Assembly (NCBI GenBank): GCA_965216875.1 | Contig: OZ244207.1 | Coordinates: 1,664,001 to 1,728,000, forward strand | Reading direction: 5' to 3' | DNA length: 64,000 nucleotides | Source of the DNA: Rubripirellula sp. | GTDB lineage: Bacteria > Planctomycetota > Planctomycetia > Pirellulales > Pirellulaceae | Shown: positions 9,744 through 19,273 of the stretch, in pieces | How the letters are laid out: the number at the start of each line of letters is the position of its first letter | Numbering within the stretch: position 1 is the stretch's first letter | Made by a program: the position numbers and the translations under genes | The notes under the pieces: model-generated | Databases searched by the model: none | What the model saw: only the letters and a program-made list of their open reading frames with translations | Told to the model about the DNA's origin: nothing

Positions 9744-12700
9744 CTAGTCGAAGGACGCGAGGAATTGGCGTTTCGAGAGGAAGGCGTTGAGTTCAACAAA
9801 GTTGAAGTCAGTCGCACTTGTCTCGGCAGCCAAGGCAATTTGTGAGAAGACATTGTCTGCGGCGGTGGCGGTTGCGCCAGTTCCGACCACTTCGGATCCG
9901 TTTCGGAATCCATTGGGCTGGGTTTGGGTCACTTCGTAGGTACCGCCAGCAAGGTTCTCGAACAGATAGTCACCGTTGGCATCGGTGGTCGTGTTGAGAC
10001 TGACGTTGTTTCCTTGCGAATCGGTGCCGGTCAAAGCAATCTGAACGCCCGCGATCGCCTCTTCCCCAGCGTCTTGAATCTCGTCGCCATCAAGGTCGAC
10101 AAAGACGCGACCGCCGAAGCTTGAGGTTCGAGGGTCAATCGTCACGGTTGTCGAGGAAGCGTCGCCGTTGCTGTCAGGGTCGTTCACATCGGACGAAACC
10201 GAGACATTGTTGACTTGTGCTCCACTGGTACCGGCATCAACGGTCGCGTTGATGACGATATCAAAGGTGCCGTCGTTGGCGAGGTCACCGGCATCGTAAG
10301 TCACGACACCGTTGGTCGCTGACAAGGCTTCGCCGTTGCGACCGGTACCGTTGAGGAACGTCAGTCCGGCGGGAAGCGTGTTGGTGACGGTAATGTTGGT
10401 TGCTGTCGATGGACCATCGTTGTCAACCGTGATGGTGTAAGTGATCGTCTGGCCGGGTTGAGCTTCGGTTGGCGCGACCTGGGTCGTTACCGAAAGGTTG
10501 GCCTGTGGCGTGACCGTGATTTCCTCATCGACCGAGTTGTTGGTCGCGTCGGTTTCACCAGCTGCGGTTAGATCGGGGACACTTGCGGTGTTGATCACAC
10601 TTCCATCGGCCGTGATATCGATGGTGAAGACGAGCGTTGCTGTCTCCGTAGCACCGCTGTCGATGGTGATCGCTGGGAAGGAAACGTCCGAGCCGCTCTG
10701 CGTTGCACTTTGACCGTTTAAAGTGCCGCTAACAAAGGTCAGGCCGGTTGGTACGGTGTCGCTTAGAACAACGCCGGTTGCCGTACTTGGGCCCGAATTG
10801 GTGACATCGATCGTGTAAGTGATCGTGTCGGTTGGCCCAGGGGTAAGGTTGTCGGCGAGCTTGGTCAAGCTGATGTCAAACTGAGGCGTCAGGGTGATTT
10901 GATCGCCTGTGCCATCGTCCGTGTTGTCCGACGGTTCAAGCTCCGTACCAGTCGAAGCGACCGACACAGGGTTAGAAATCGTGCCGGTTGCGTCTTCGTC
11001 AACGTCGACCGTTACGGTGAACACGCGTTGTTCGCCGATCGGCAGGGAGTTGTAATCAACGGTCACGGTACCGTTGGTAAAGTCCGTATCGTCGGAGCCT
11101 GGAGCCGAGATCACCGCACCTGTCAGGCCGGCTGGTAATGCGTTGGTGACGACCACGTCCGCCGCATCACTTGAACTATTCGGACCATGCGAAACGGTGA
11201 AGGTGTAGACCACTTGATCTTGCCCTGGCACGGCGGTCGTCGGGCTGACCGATTGAGTGATGATCAAGTCGACTTCGCGGAGCACAGCGACGTTTTCGGT
11301 GTCGACATCGTTGGTCGAGTCACTGTCGGTATCCGTCGTGGATACGGTCGCCGTGTTCGCAACTGTGCCGGTTGCGGACGGAGCGATCGAGACATCGAAT
11401 GAGAATGTTGCGTTTGCACCGGCGACCAGATCACCAATGTCAAAGGACAAGTCTTGGCCGTTTTCGGTCAGGACGGCGCCCGATGTGCCTGGATCGAAAC
11501 TGCCCGTGACCAGCGATAATTCGCTTACGAGCGTGTCGGTCACCGTGACGCCGCGTGCGTCACTCGGACCGTTGTTGGTCACCACGACCGTGTAAGTGAT
11601 GTCTTCACCCGCAACGGGGCTGCCCGTGACGGACTTGTCAATTTCCAGGTCGACGGTTCTCTGAACGGTGGTGTCGACGCTGCTGGAGTTGTTCGTTGCA
11701 TCGGGGTCCGTGTTCGGATTGGCCGAAACGGTTGCCGTATTGCTGAGTGGACTTGGAGCGTCGCTGTCGACAGCCACGATGATGGTAACGGTCGATGTGG
11801 CCTGGTTGGCAAGCGGCCCGATCACCGCGGTGATGTCGCCCGACAGGGAGTCGAAGGTCACCAGGTTCGCATTGCCATCGACGTCGCCACTGACGAAGGT
11901 CACGTTGGCTGGCAGCGGGTCGGTAACGGTCACACCCGTTGCTGCATCGGGACCATCGTTGGTAACGGTGATGGTGTAGGTGAGGTTGTCACCAGCGTTG
12001 ACCGGGTCGGTGACATCGGTCTTGGTGATGCTCAGGTCCGATTCGACGAGATCGAGCAGTTCACTTTCGGAGTTGTCGGCTGGGTTTTGGTCCACTTCCG
12101 TCGAGCTTGCCACGGCCGTGTTGTTGACGTCGGCGGTCAGATTGTTGGCAATGTCCAACAAAATCTGGAAGTTACCCGAGGTTCCTTCGGCGATCGTGCC
12201 CATCGAAACTTCGAGCGTCGTGCCGTTTTGGTTCGTCGTGAACGAGCCCGATTCATTGGCAAGTCCGGTGAAGGTCAAGCCGATTGGAATGTCGTACTCG
12301 AGCAGCACGCTCGTGGCGTCAAGCGGTCCATCGTTTTGAACAACAACGTCAAAGACCACGTTGCCGCCAGCGATCACGTCCGAACCTGCCACGTTCAGCG
12401 ACAGGGTGGTGACCAAGTCGACTTCGGGGAAGAAGCCAAAGTCGAGAGTGCTGTTGGTATTGGCATCGTCACCATCACTGGTGGGTTCACTGTTGGAAAC
12501 CAATGTGATCGTTCCGGTGACGACGTCGCCCGAAACAAGTGTGGTGCCGTTATCGTCATCATCGACATCGTCGTCGGGGTCACTTGCCGGGTCGTTACCT
12601 GTGCTATTTGCAAACCCGAACAACGTGGCGCCACTTTGGAATGCCGTGTTGGGTACGACGACTGCATAGTGTCCTGGATCAAGGCCAGGGAAACTGTAGA

Positions 12701-13970
12701 CGCCGCCAGCGCCGGTGGTGGTTGAAGTGAGCGGCACTTGGTTGTCGGGATCGACCGCGTCACCAGCGTTGGTCAGCTGGTAAAGGTCGAGCGGTATGCC
12801 GGTCACACCCGCTTCGGTTCCCTGGCGAATCCCATCATTTTGTCCGCCGCCGGTATCGGTGTCGATGAAGAGTTGTCCGCCAAGGGTGATCGGCAAGATG
12901 TTCGCGATGTCAGCTGTCACGATGTCAGGGCGACGCGATTCTGCGATCGAGATCACCACGTCGGTGTCTGAGGACAACGAAAGCGAAGCCTCGATCGCTC
13001 CCACGTCGTTGAAGTCAGCACCCGATCCGAGCGAGGTTGTGAAGCTCGAGAAAAGGACAAACGTTTCTTCGGTCGATGCCGCATTTTGCGGTACGGTCAC
13101 ACTGACGGTCGATGCGTTCGATGCATCGGTATAGACAGTGATGAAGAGTGTCTCGCCAGCCTGGTCGGCGCGAGTTTCGACGATCAAGCCAGCACCTGGG
13201 TCGAGCGTCGATCCTGGTGTGCCGCCAGCCAGGGAAACACCGCCCAAACCAGAAGCACTCAGCGTCGGAACACCGTCGTTCCCGTCATATTGGATAAGTG
13301 CTGTTCCTTCGGCGGTTCCAAGCGAACCAATCGAAAGCGTGTCGGCCGAGCTGTCGACGAAGACGGTCACTTGACCAATCGAGTTGGTGTTGGTGACCTG
13401 AATGTCACGGGCACCACCGATCGCCTCACTTGCACTAGCCGTATCGGAATTGGTCGGTGTGCCTGCATCGGCCGTCACCGTTTGTGACGTCAGTGAGTAG
13501 TCGTCGATCAGTGCCGTCTGGATCCCGTTGACCACCGTCACATCGACAGGAATCGCTGATGGCGTGTTGAGTTGAGGCACCGCTTGCTGTTCGATGAAGT
13601 ACCGACCCGCAGTCAGACCATCGAAGCGATAGTTGCCGTTAAGGTCGGTGATGTCGGTGCCAATCAGCAGGTCGTTGACGTCAAAGACGGTGTCGCCGTT
13701 GGTGTCTTCGAACAACTGAATCTGGATCCCTTGGGCGCCCGGTGTTCCCGGGGTCACCAAATCGCCTCCAGCGTCCACAAGGACGGGGGGATCACCGGCC
13801 GAGGAGCCGTCGCCTGCTTCGTCGATAAAGGCGACGCCTGCGATCGCTCCCAAGTCAGAAGCAAGCAGCTCGCGGCGTGTCAGCGATTCGACCAAGAGCC
13901 GACGTTGGCGGCGAGATGCAGCTTTTTTGGATGTGCGGTCGGCTCGGCGAATCAATCGTTGGAAGACCAT
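9744..13970 (-). CDS. large surface protein/adhesin with SdrD-B-like and multiple DUF11-like Ig repeats
   Basis: Planctomycete-type N-terminus RRLLVESLTRRELLA; repeats DL.I.K...G..ITYTI.V.N.GP..A..V...D.LP; SdrD-B TTTDANGDYLF.NL..G.Y.V; C-terminal SKRQFLAS. Confidence 0.88.
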   Translation of the reverse strand: MVFQRLIRRADRTSKKAASRRQRRLLVESLTRRELLASDLGAIAGVAFIDEAGDGSSAGDPPVLVDAGGDLVTPGTPGAQGIQIQLFEDTNGDTVFDVNDLLIGTDITDLNGNYRFDGLTAGRYFIEQQAVPQLNTPSAIPVDVTVVNGIQTALIDDYSLTSQTVTADAGTPTNSDTASASEAIGGARDIQVTNTNSIGQVTVFVDSSADTLSIGSLGTAEGTALIQYDGNDGVPTLSASGLGGVSLAGGTPGSTLDPGAGLIVETRADQAGETLFITVYTDASNASTVSVTVPQNAASTEETFVLFSSFTTSLGSGADFNDVGAIEASLSLSSDTDVVISIAESRRPDIVTADIANILPITLGGQLFIDTDTGGGQNDGIRQGTEAGVTGIPLDLYQLTNAGDAVDPDNQVPLTSTTTGAGGVYSFPGLDPGHYAVVVPNTAFQSGATLFGFANSTGNDPASDPDDDVDDDDNGTTLVSGDVVTGTITLVSNSEPTSDGDDANTNSTLDFGFFPEVDLVTTLSLNVAGSDVIAGGNVVFDVVVQNDGPLDATSVLLEYDIPIGLTFTGLANESGSFTTNQNGTTLEVSMGTIAEGTSGNFQILLDIANNLTADVNNTAVASSTEVDQNPADNSESELLDLVESDLSITKTDVTDPVNAGDNLTYTITVTNDGPDAATGVTVTDPLPANVTFVSGDVDGNANLVTFDSLSGDITAVIGPLANQATSTVTIIVAVDSDAPSPLSNTATVSANPNTDPDATNNSSSVDTTVQRTVDLEIDKSVTGSPVAGEDITYTVVVTNNGPSDARGVTVTDTLVSELSLVTGSFDPGTSGAVLTENGQDLSFDIGDLVAGANATFSFDVSIAPSATGTVANTATVSTTDTDSDSTNDVDTENVAVLREVDLIITQSVSPTTAVPGQDQVVYTFTVSHGPNSSSDAADVVVTNALPAGLTGAVISAPGSDDTDFTNGTVTVDYNSLPIGEQRVFTVTVDVDEDATGTISNPVSVASTGTELEPSDNTDDGTGDQITLTPQFDISLTKLADNLTPGPTDTITYTIDVTNSGPSTATGVVLSDTVPTGLTFVSGTLNGQSATQSGSDVSFPAITIDSGATETATLVFTIDITADGSVINTASVPDLTAAGETDATNNSVDEEITVTPQANLSVTTQVAPTEAQPGQTITYTITVDNDGPSTATNITVTNTLPAGLTFLNGTGRNGEALSATNGVVTYDAGDLANDGTFDIVINATVDAGTSGAQVNNVSVSSDVNDPDSNGDASSTTVTIDPRTSSFGGRVFVDLDGDEIQDAGEEAIAGVQIALTGTDSQGNNVSLNTTTDANGDYLFENLAGGTYEVTQTQPNGFRNGSEVVGTGATATAADNVFSQIALAAETSATDFNFVELNAFLSKRQFLASFD

Positions 13971-14161
13971 CTTCGGTAGCTCTTCGTTGGTTCATTTGTT
14001 CCCTCGTGCCGCCATGTCAAGCTAGAGCGACCAGAGGAAAATTGAGGATGGGATGATTGTGGCCGTCAGCGAAGACGGCGCAACCCTGGTGGAAGTTATC
14101 GGTTTTTCAACCCCGGTAACTTGACCGCGGGTTGAAATCTGCACTGTCCTCAAATTGAGGA

Positions 14162-15763
14162 CTACCAGCGATACTCGCCACCGAAGTTGATCCCTTGGGC
14201 CCAGTAGTCGGTCGTGTCAAAGGTGAACCCCGGTCGGTTTGCTCCGCCATTTCCGTTTGGTGGAGGAAACAGGTTGGGATTCAAGTCACGATCGATTTGG
14301 AGTCCCGGTCGGACAACGTTCGACCAGTAAAGGAAGGTGTATCCGAGGGTCACTTTGAAGTGGTCTGTCAGCTGGTAGCCAGCCCCGAGTGTGAACTCGG
14401 GCACAACCGCGAACTCGTTTTGGCGGTAGACGCCAATGTTCGAGGATTGGGCCAGGAATCCGCCCTGCTGCGTCGTTGGAGGTGGGTTGGTCAGGTCGTT
14501 GATCGTGGTTTGACCAGCGATCGAGACCGATTGACGTGTATTTCCAATCCCGAGTCGCAACGTTGCGTCACAAGTCCAGAAACCGCGGGTCCGGCGATAT
14601 GACCATCCGACGTCAAAACCGTTGAATTGGTTCCGCACGTTAAATCGGTCGGTGATATCGAGGGTGCCTGGAAAGCGTGGATCGGTGCTGACCGTTTGCT
14701 CGTTCATGAAGATCCCTTCTTCGAGCTCAAGGTAGCGGTATCCGACCAGCAACTCAGTTCGACTACAGAAATGTTCTGGGCATCCGCAGAACAACCATTT
14801 GCTGCAGCCTTCGTTGCAGCATCGCAGGCGGCGGACGTGAAATGCGGCTCCTGAAAGGCGGCTTTCGACCGAAGCGACGACGCTTCCCGTGTCGGCACCT
14901 GGGTAGGAAATCAACCCCGAGTCCTCTTCGCCGGTCAGGATGTTGAAGAACGGACGAGCAAGAATCGGATCACCACTGCTGGTGGCGTTGAAGCCCGAGC
15001 GTTTGGTGCTGAATTCGAAAAGCTCTGCACCGACACCCCACGTATGATTGCTGTCCAACCAGACGCCGAACTTGAGTCGGCCGCCGTCGAGGTTCTTCTT
15101 CAGGATGTCGCCACCGCCAAACAGGATGCGTGTGTTGGGGTCGGTCAAAACACCTGCATCGTCACGTGGAACGGTTGGATCGACACTGGTTGTGATCAAT
15201 GGTGGCAGGGAAACGCCATCTTGCCACCAGCTAAGTAGTTCGAAGTTGAGCCATCCGTCTTGCGGCAAGCAGAGCGTTACGCATGGACGCCAAGCTCGTG
15301 GACTGCACAGCTCACCACACATGCTGCAGCCCTCGCCCGAGCATGAACCGCAAGCTGCCGAGAACATGTCGTCGCAGCCACCCGAGCAAACGGCTGAACC
15401 ACAGCCGCATTCGGACGACGGAAGCGCGTCACAGGCGACCGACGAATCGTGCAGCGGTGCAAGATCGACTTTGCCATCGAGCGATTCCGCGGTCACGGGC
15501 GGTGCGGGCGCGTCTGCGGCCGCATCGGCGACAGGTGTTGGTGCGGCAAGCGACTCAACCTCTTCGTGGTGATCGACACGACGAAGGCGGCCAGATTCCT
15601 TTGCCGACTCTTCCGAGCTGACAGGACGGACGGGACGCCATGCTGCACGAGCGCTGCTTTCGCTTTTGCGAATCGCTGCTCGTCGCAGTGATTGTGCCGA
15701 GGCGGGAAGTGCCAGGCACGCAAACAAGACTGTGAAACATAGGGAGTAACGGAAGGTACGCAC
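14162..15763 (-). CDS. BBP7-like outer-membrane beta-barrel protein with Cys-rich N-terminal region
   Basis: Signal peptide from GTG 15763, Cys-rich segment, alternating beta strands, GYTFLYWSNVVRPG.QID, terminal aromatic (GGEYRW). Confidence 0.8.
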   Translation of the reverse strand: MRTFRYSLCFTVLFACLALPASAQSLRRAAIRKSESSARAAWRPVRPVSSEESAKESGRLRRVDHHEEVESLAAPTPVADAAADAPAPPVTAESLDGKVDLAPLHDSSVACDALPSSECGCGSAVCSGGCDDMFSAACGSCSGEGCSMCGELCSPRAWRPCVTLCLPQDGWLNFELLSWWQDGVSLPPLITTSVDPTVPRDDAGVLTDPNTRILFGGGDILKKNLDGGRLKFGVWLDSNHTWGVGAELFEFSTKRSGFNATSSGDPILARPFFNILTGEEDSGLISYPGADTGSVVASVESRLSGAAFHVRRLRCCNEGCSKWLFCGCPEHFCSRTELLVGYRYLELEEGIFMNEQTVSTDPRFPGTLDITDRFNVRNQFNGFDVGWSYRRTRGFWTCDATLRLGIGNTRQSVSIAGQTTINDLTNPPPTTQQGGFLAQSSNIGVYRQNEFAVVPEFTLGAGYQLTDHFKVTLGYTFLYWSNVVRPGLQIDRDLNPNLFPPPNGNGGANRPGFTFDTTDYWAQGINFGGEYRW

Positions 15764-16027
15764 TGGTTCACCAATGGATGATGGGATGTTGTGCCGAGCT
15801 GATGGCTCCGGCTCCATGCCGGACCTTGCTATCAACTCGTTGGTTACCCCCCCGGGTAAAGGACTCGGAATGCGTCCATCTCGGTCGCAGACCATCCTTT
15901 CAACAGCTGTATCGTCGAATTCGAGCTGGATCATCGATCCAATTTCGGAAAATTCGGAAAAATCCAAAAACTCGACCTAACCCGCAAACTTTGACACCCT
16001 GGCGGCCTCTGAGTCCAGGATTTGCGC

Positions 16028-16091
16028 GTAGCCACCTTCGCCAGAAGGTGGTTTGCAGCCGTTCGTCGTACCGCCTTCAGGCGGAAGTGGC
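16028..16091. repeat. GTAG-type REP (family A) with a degenerate inverted partner
   Basis: GTAGCCACCTTCGCCAGAAGGTGG. Confidence 0.7.
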
Positions 16092-16194
16092 GGATTCGAT
16101 GGTTGAGCCACCCCGCTGCCCAAAAACTTGACTCCTTCCAACCACCCCAAAAGAATGACAGGAAACCCGGTCCGGCTTTGATCCAGGGTCCAGC

Positions 16195-18036
16195 ATGATC
16201 GAGCCCAAACGTGCGCCCGTTCGGCCGCATATCACTTCGCCGCAAACCAACCAGCCCGTGTTGCTGGAGGACTACGTTGCCACTCGCATGCAATGTGGTG
16301 CCCCTTTCTATCTGCGGCTTTGCGGATCGAGCGGCTCGGGTAAACGAACAGCGCTTTGTCACCTCGCCGCATCCGAGCTCCCCTATCGACCGAAGTTGGT
16401 CGTCGGCAAAGAGCAGGTGAAGGGCGGGGCAGCGGGTGAATTTGATCAGCGTTTCGTGATCGAGGCCTCCAACGACATGCTGATCGGCGAATCGCTCAAG
16501 TCGGTGCGCCGCGGTGAAACAATCGTCTTGCGTCCGTGGAACATCGACGACCTGATCGAGTATTTGCTCTCAAACAACAGCAGTGAGGTTGGTCGCATCG
16601 TCGCCCAGTGCAAACGCCTCGACGTGATTGGCGAGACGATGGGGCGGCCAAGCGTCTGTCGTCTGGTGATGGACGAGCTGATGATCGACCGAACGCACCG
16701 GAGCCTTTCGGAGTGCATTCGCGGGGCGATTCGTCGCCAGTTCCCGAATCGAAAGAGGTACTTGAAAGCGATTCGAGCGTCGATCGCTGGTCGGCCGAGC
16801 CGCAGGTTGCCGCAGCATCTACAAGAATGCGTGAAGGTTCGTCGTGTCCAGCGGGCCCTTGCCGCTGACCTCGCTGTCGCTTGGATCAAGAATCAGGACT
16901 CGCATCGGACCGACGCCAGTCAGCTTGAGAGTTTCGAGTTGCTTGACGAAATCGTCGACTTGGCGTTCAACGACAGCGCACTTCAAGAGCGTCTGCAGGT
17001 CTATAGCGGAAAGCACATTGCGCTCGTCGCGAGTGTTCTTCATGCCCTCGACGGCGCTTGGCGTCCCGACACGGCGAAGGTCACGGACATCAAGGGTGGG
17101 CAATTCCGAGGCGCCATGTGGCCGAAGGTCGATTGGTCGGACATTGACGTTCGCAAAACCAACCTGTCCTACAGCAACCTTTCATCGGGCCAAGGCGAGG
17201 ACACTTCGTTCGCTGAGGCCGATTTGAGTGATGCGGAATTGGTCGATTGCAAGTTCAATAGGGTGAGTTTTCGCGAAGCGGATTTGCAGCATGCGAGTTT
17301 GCGGTATTCGAGTTTCGTCGCCTGCCGGTTCTTTAGTGCCCATCTGGAGGAAGCGAATTTCTCGGGGGCCAATTTGAACGATGTTTGTTTTCTTGGCTGC
17401 GACCTGAGCGATGCCAAATTTAGCGAAACGACGCTTCGCAAGGCATCGTTCCTTCAAGCGAGGTTAGATCGGATTGACTTCGAAAACAGCTGTGCCGTCG
17501 CCTGCACGTTCAATGCCCAGGACCTACACGCAGCCAACTGGTCCCATTCGGCGTGGTCCGAGACGCATTTCAAGGATTGTGATTTTGAATTTGCTCGCGT
17601 TGTCGGCGCGAGCTTTTTGCAGTGTGACTTTTACGGTTCAGACTTTACCAGCAGCGTGATGCGAGGCGTGAGTTTGGCAGGTTCGAACCTGTGTGCGTGC
17701 GGCTTGGCCGACGTTGATTGGCAGGGTGTCGATTTGCGAGACGCCGATTTGCGCGGCTGTGCGTTTCATCTTGGCTCCTCACGAAGTGGTCTGGTGGGGA
17801 GCCCTTATCCTGGGCATGGAAGCAAGACAGGGTTTTACACCAACGAATTTGACGACATTTGGCACCGCCCGCCCGAAGAGATTCGTCGGGCGAATCTCGT
17901 TGGCGCCGACCTGCGCGGTGCCGACGTGCGTCAAGCGGATTTCTATCTGGTCGATCTACGCGAAGCGGTCTATTCACTCGACCAAGAGCAGCACTTTCGC
18001 CGCTGCGACGCAATCCTATCCGACCGCCACGGTTGA
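16195..18036 (+). CDS. P-loop NTPase-like N-terminus plus pentapeptide-repeat protein
   Basis: LRLCGSSGSGKRT Walker A; about 300 aa of A[D/N]L/F.. pentapeptide repeats in the C-terminal half. Confidence 0.85.
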   Translation: MIEPKRAPVRPHITSPQTNQPVLLEDYVATRMQCGAPFYLRLCGSSGSGKRTALCHLAASELPYRPKLVVGKEQVKGGAAGEFDQRFVIEASNDMLIGESLKSVRRGETIVLRPWNIDDLIEYLLSNNSSEVGRIVAQCKRLDVIGETMGRPSVCRLVMDELMIDRTHRSLSECIRGAIRRQFPNRKRYLKAIRASIAGRPSRRLPQHLQECVKVRRVQRALAADLAVAWIKNQDSHRTDASQLESFELLDEIVDLAFNDSALQERLQVYSGKHIALVASVLHALDGAWRPDTAKVTDIKGGQFRGAMWPKVDWSDIDVRKTNLSYSNLSSGQGEDTSFAEADLSDAELVDCKFNRVSFREADLQHASLRYSSFVACRFFSAHLEEANFSGANLNDVCFLGCDLSDAKFSETTLRKASFLQARLDRIDFENSCAVACTFNAQDLHAANWSHSAWSETHFKDCDFEFARVVGASFLQCDFYGSDFTSSVMRGVSLAGSNLCACGLADVDWQGVDLRDADLRGCAFHLGSSRSGLVGSPYPGHGSKTGFYTNEFDDIWHRPPEEIRRANLVGADLRGADVRQADFYLVDLREAVYSLDQEQHFRRCDAILSDRHG

Positions 18037-18433
18037 GCCCTTCCGGTAGCTACGCTCGCCAGAGCGTGGGAGAGTGGTGAACGCCTGCCAACAGATACCA
18101 CCGTCTGGCGACGGTAGCTACATGACACTGCCACGTATGAGCTCTTCCGGTAGCTACGCTCGCCAGAGCGTGGGAGAGTGGTGAACGCCTGCCAGCATAT
18201 TCCACCGTCTGGCGACGGTAGCTACATGACACTGCCACGTATGAGCTCTTCCGGTAGCTACGCTCGCCAGAGCGTGGGAGAGTGGTGAACGCCTGCCAGC
18301 ACATTCCACCGTCTGGCGACGGTAGCTACATGACACTGCCACGTTTGAGCCCTTCCGGTAGCTACGCTCGCCAGAGCGTGGGAGAGTGGTGAACGCCTGC
18401 CAGCACATTCCACCGTCTGGCGACGGTAGCTAC
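18026..18433. repeat. tandem array of 104-bp units (about 3.9 copies), each an inverted pair of GTAG-type REPs (BIME-like)
   Basis: Units start at 18026, 18130, 18234 and 18338 and are near-identical, linkers included. Confidence 0.95.
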
Positions 18434-18532
18434 GTGCGGGCTGAACGTTCCGAACCTGATTGGCTCGACTTGTGTCGCAACCCGACATCGGCGCACCATT
18501 GCGTTTCTTCTTTTTTTGCGATTGGTGCAACC

Positions 18533-19273
18533 ATGGGCACATCACACGGAAACTTTGTCAAATACCCCCGAACGCCGCACCTGTTTGGCGCGAGAGGGAC
18601 AGACGATGACAAACGCCTGGGCGAAAAACCGTCTCTCAAGCTAATCAGTGACGACTCGCTGATTGTTGAAGAGAAGATCGATGGTACGAATGTTGGCATT
18701 CACTTTGCCGACAATGGCGATCTCGTTTTGCAGTGTCGCGGACATCTGATCACCGAAGGCATGCACCCGCAGTACGATTTGTTCAAACAGTGGGCCAATG
18801 CGAAACGCTTCGATTTGGAACAGTGTCTTGAGAATAAATTCATTCTGTTTGGCGAATGGGTGTATGCGAAACACTCAATACGTTATCGAAAACTCTCTCA
18901 CTACTTTTTCGAGTTTGATATCTACAACAAAGAGTCCGAGTTGTTCCTGACGCTCGATGATCGGCTTGAACTACTCGAGGATACTGGCATCGAAACCGTT
19001 CCCATTGTGCATCGCGGCGCGATTGGTCGCGATGCACTGCAGTCACTGATCGGGCCGTCTCAGTTTTCAAGCGAGTTCGATAACCCCACGACCGGTCAAG
19101 TCGACCATCTGATGGAAGGGCTCTATGTGCGTACGGAATGCGACGGTTGCGTTTCGGCACGTGCCAAAATGGTACGACCCGAGTTTGTAGAAAAAGTCAA
19201 ACAAAGCAACCATTGGCAGCACGAGGCGATGGTTCCCAATGAACTCGCCGAGGGCGTGGATATCTGGACATGA
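18533..19273 (+). CDS. ATP-dependent RNA ligase family protein (standalone nucleotidyltransferase domain)
   Basis: KYPRTPHL; motif [16 protein letters not shown], IIIa [23 protein letters not shown]. Confidence 0.88.
   Translation: MGTSHGNFVKYPRTPHLFGARGTDDDKRLGEKPSLKLISDDSLIVEEKIDGTNVGIHFADNGDLVLQCRGHLITEGMHPQYDLFKQWANAKRFDLEQCLENKFILFGEWVYAKHSIRYRKLSHYFFEFDIYNKESELFLTLDDRLELLEDTGIETVPIVHRGAIGRDALQSLIGPSQFSSEFDNPTTGQVDHLMEGLYVRTECDGCVSARAKMVRPEFVEKVKQSNHWQHEAMVPNELAEGVDIWT

Noticed and set aside
18026..18433. CRISPR array
   Set aside because: The intervening sequences are near-identical rather than unique spacers, the repeats alternate in orientation, the same motifs are dispersed across the window, and no cas genes are present.
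18050..18545. Three repeated 84-95 aa ORFs (MCWQAFTT...)
   Set aside because: They are translations of the tandem REP array.
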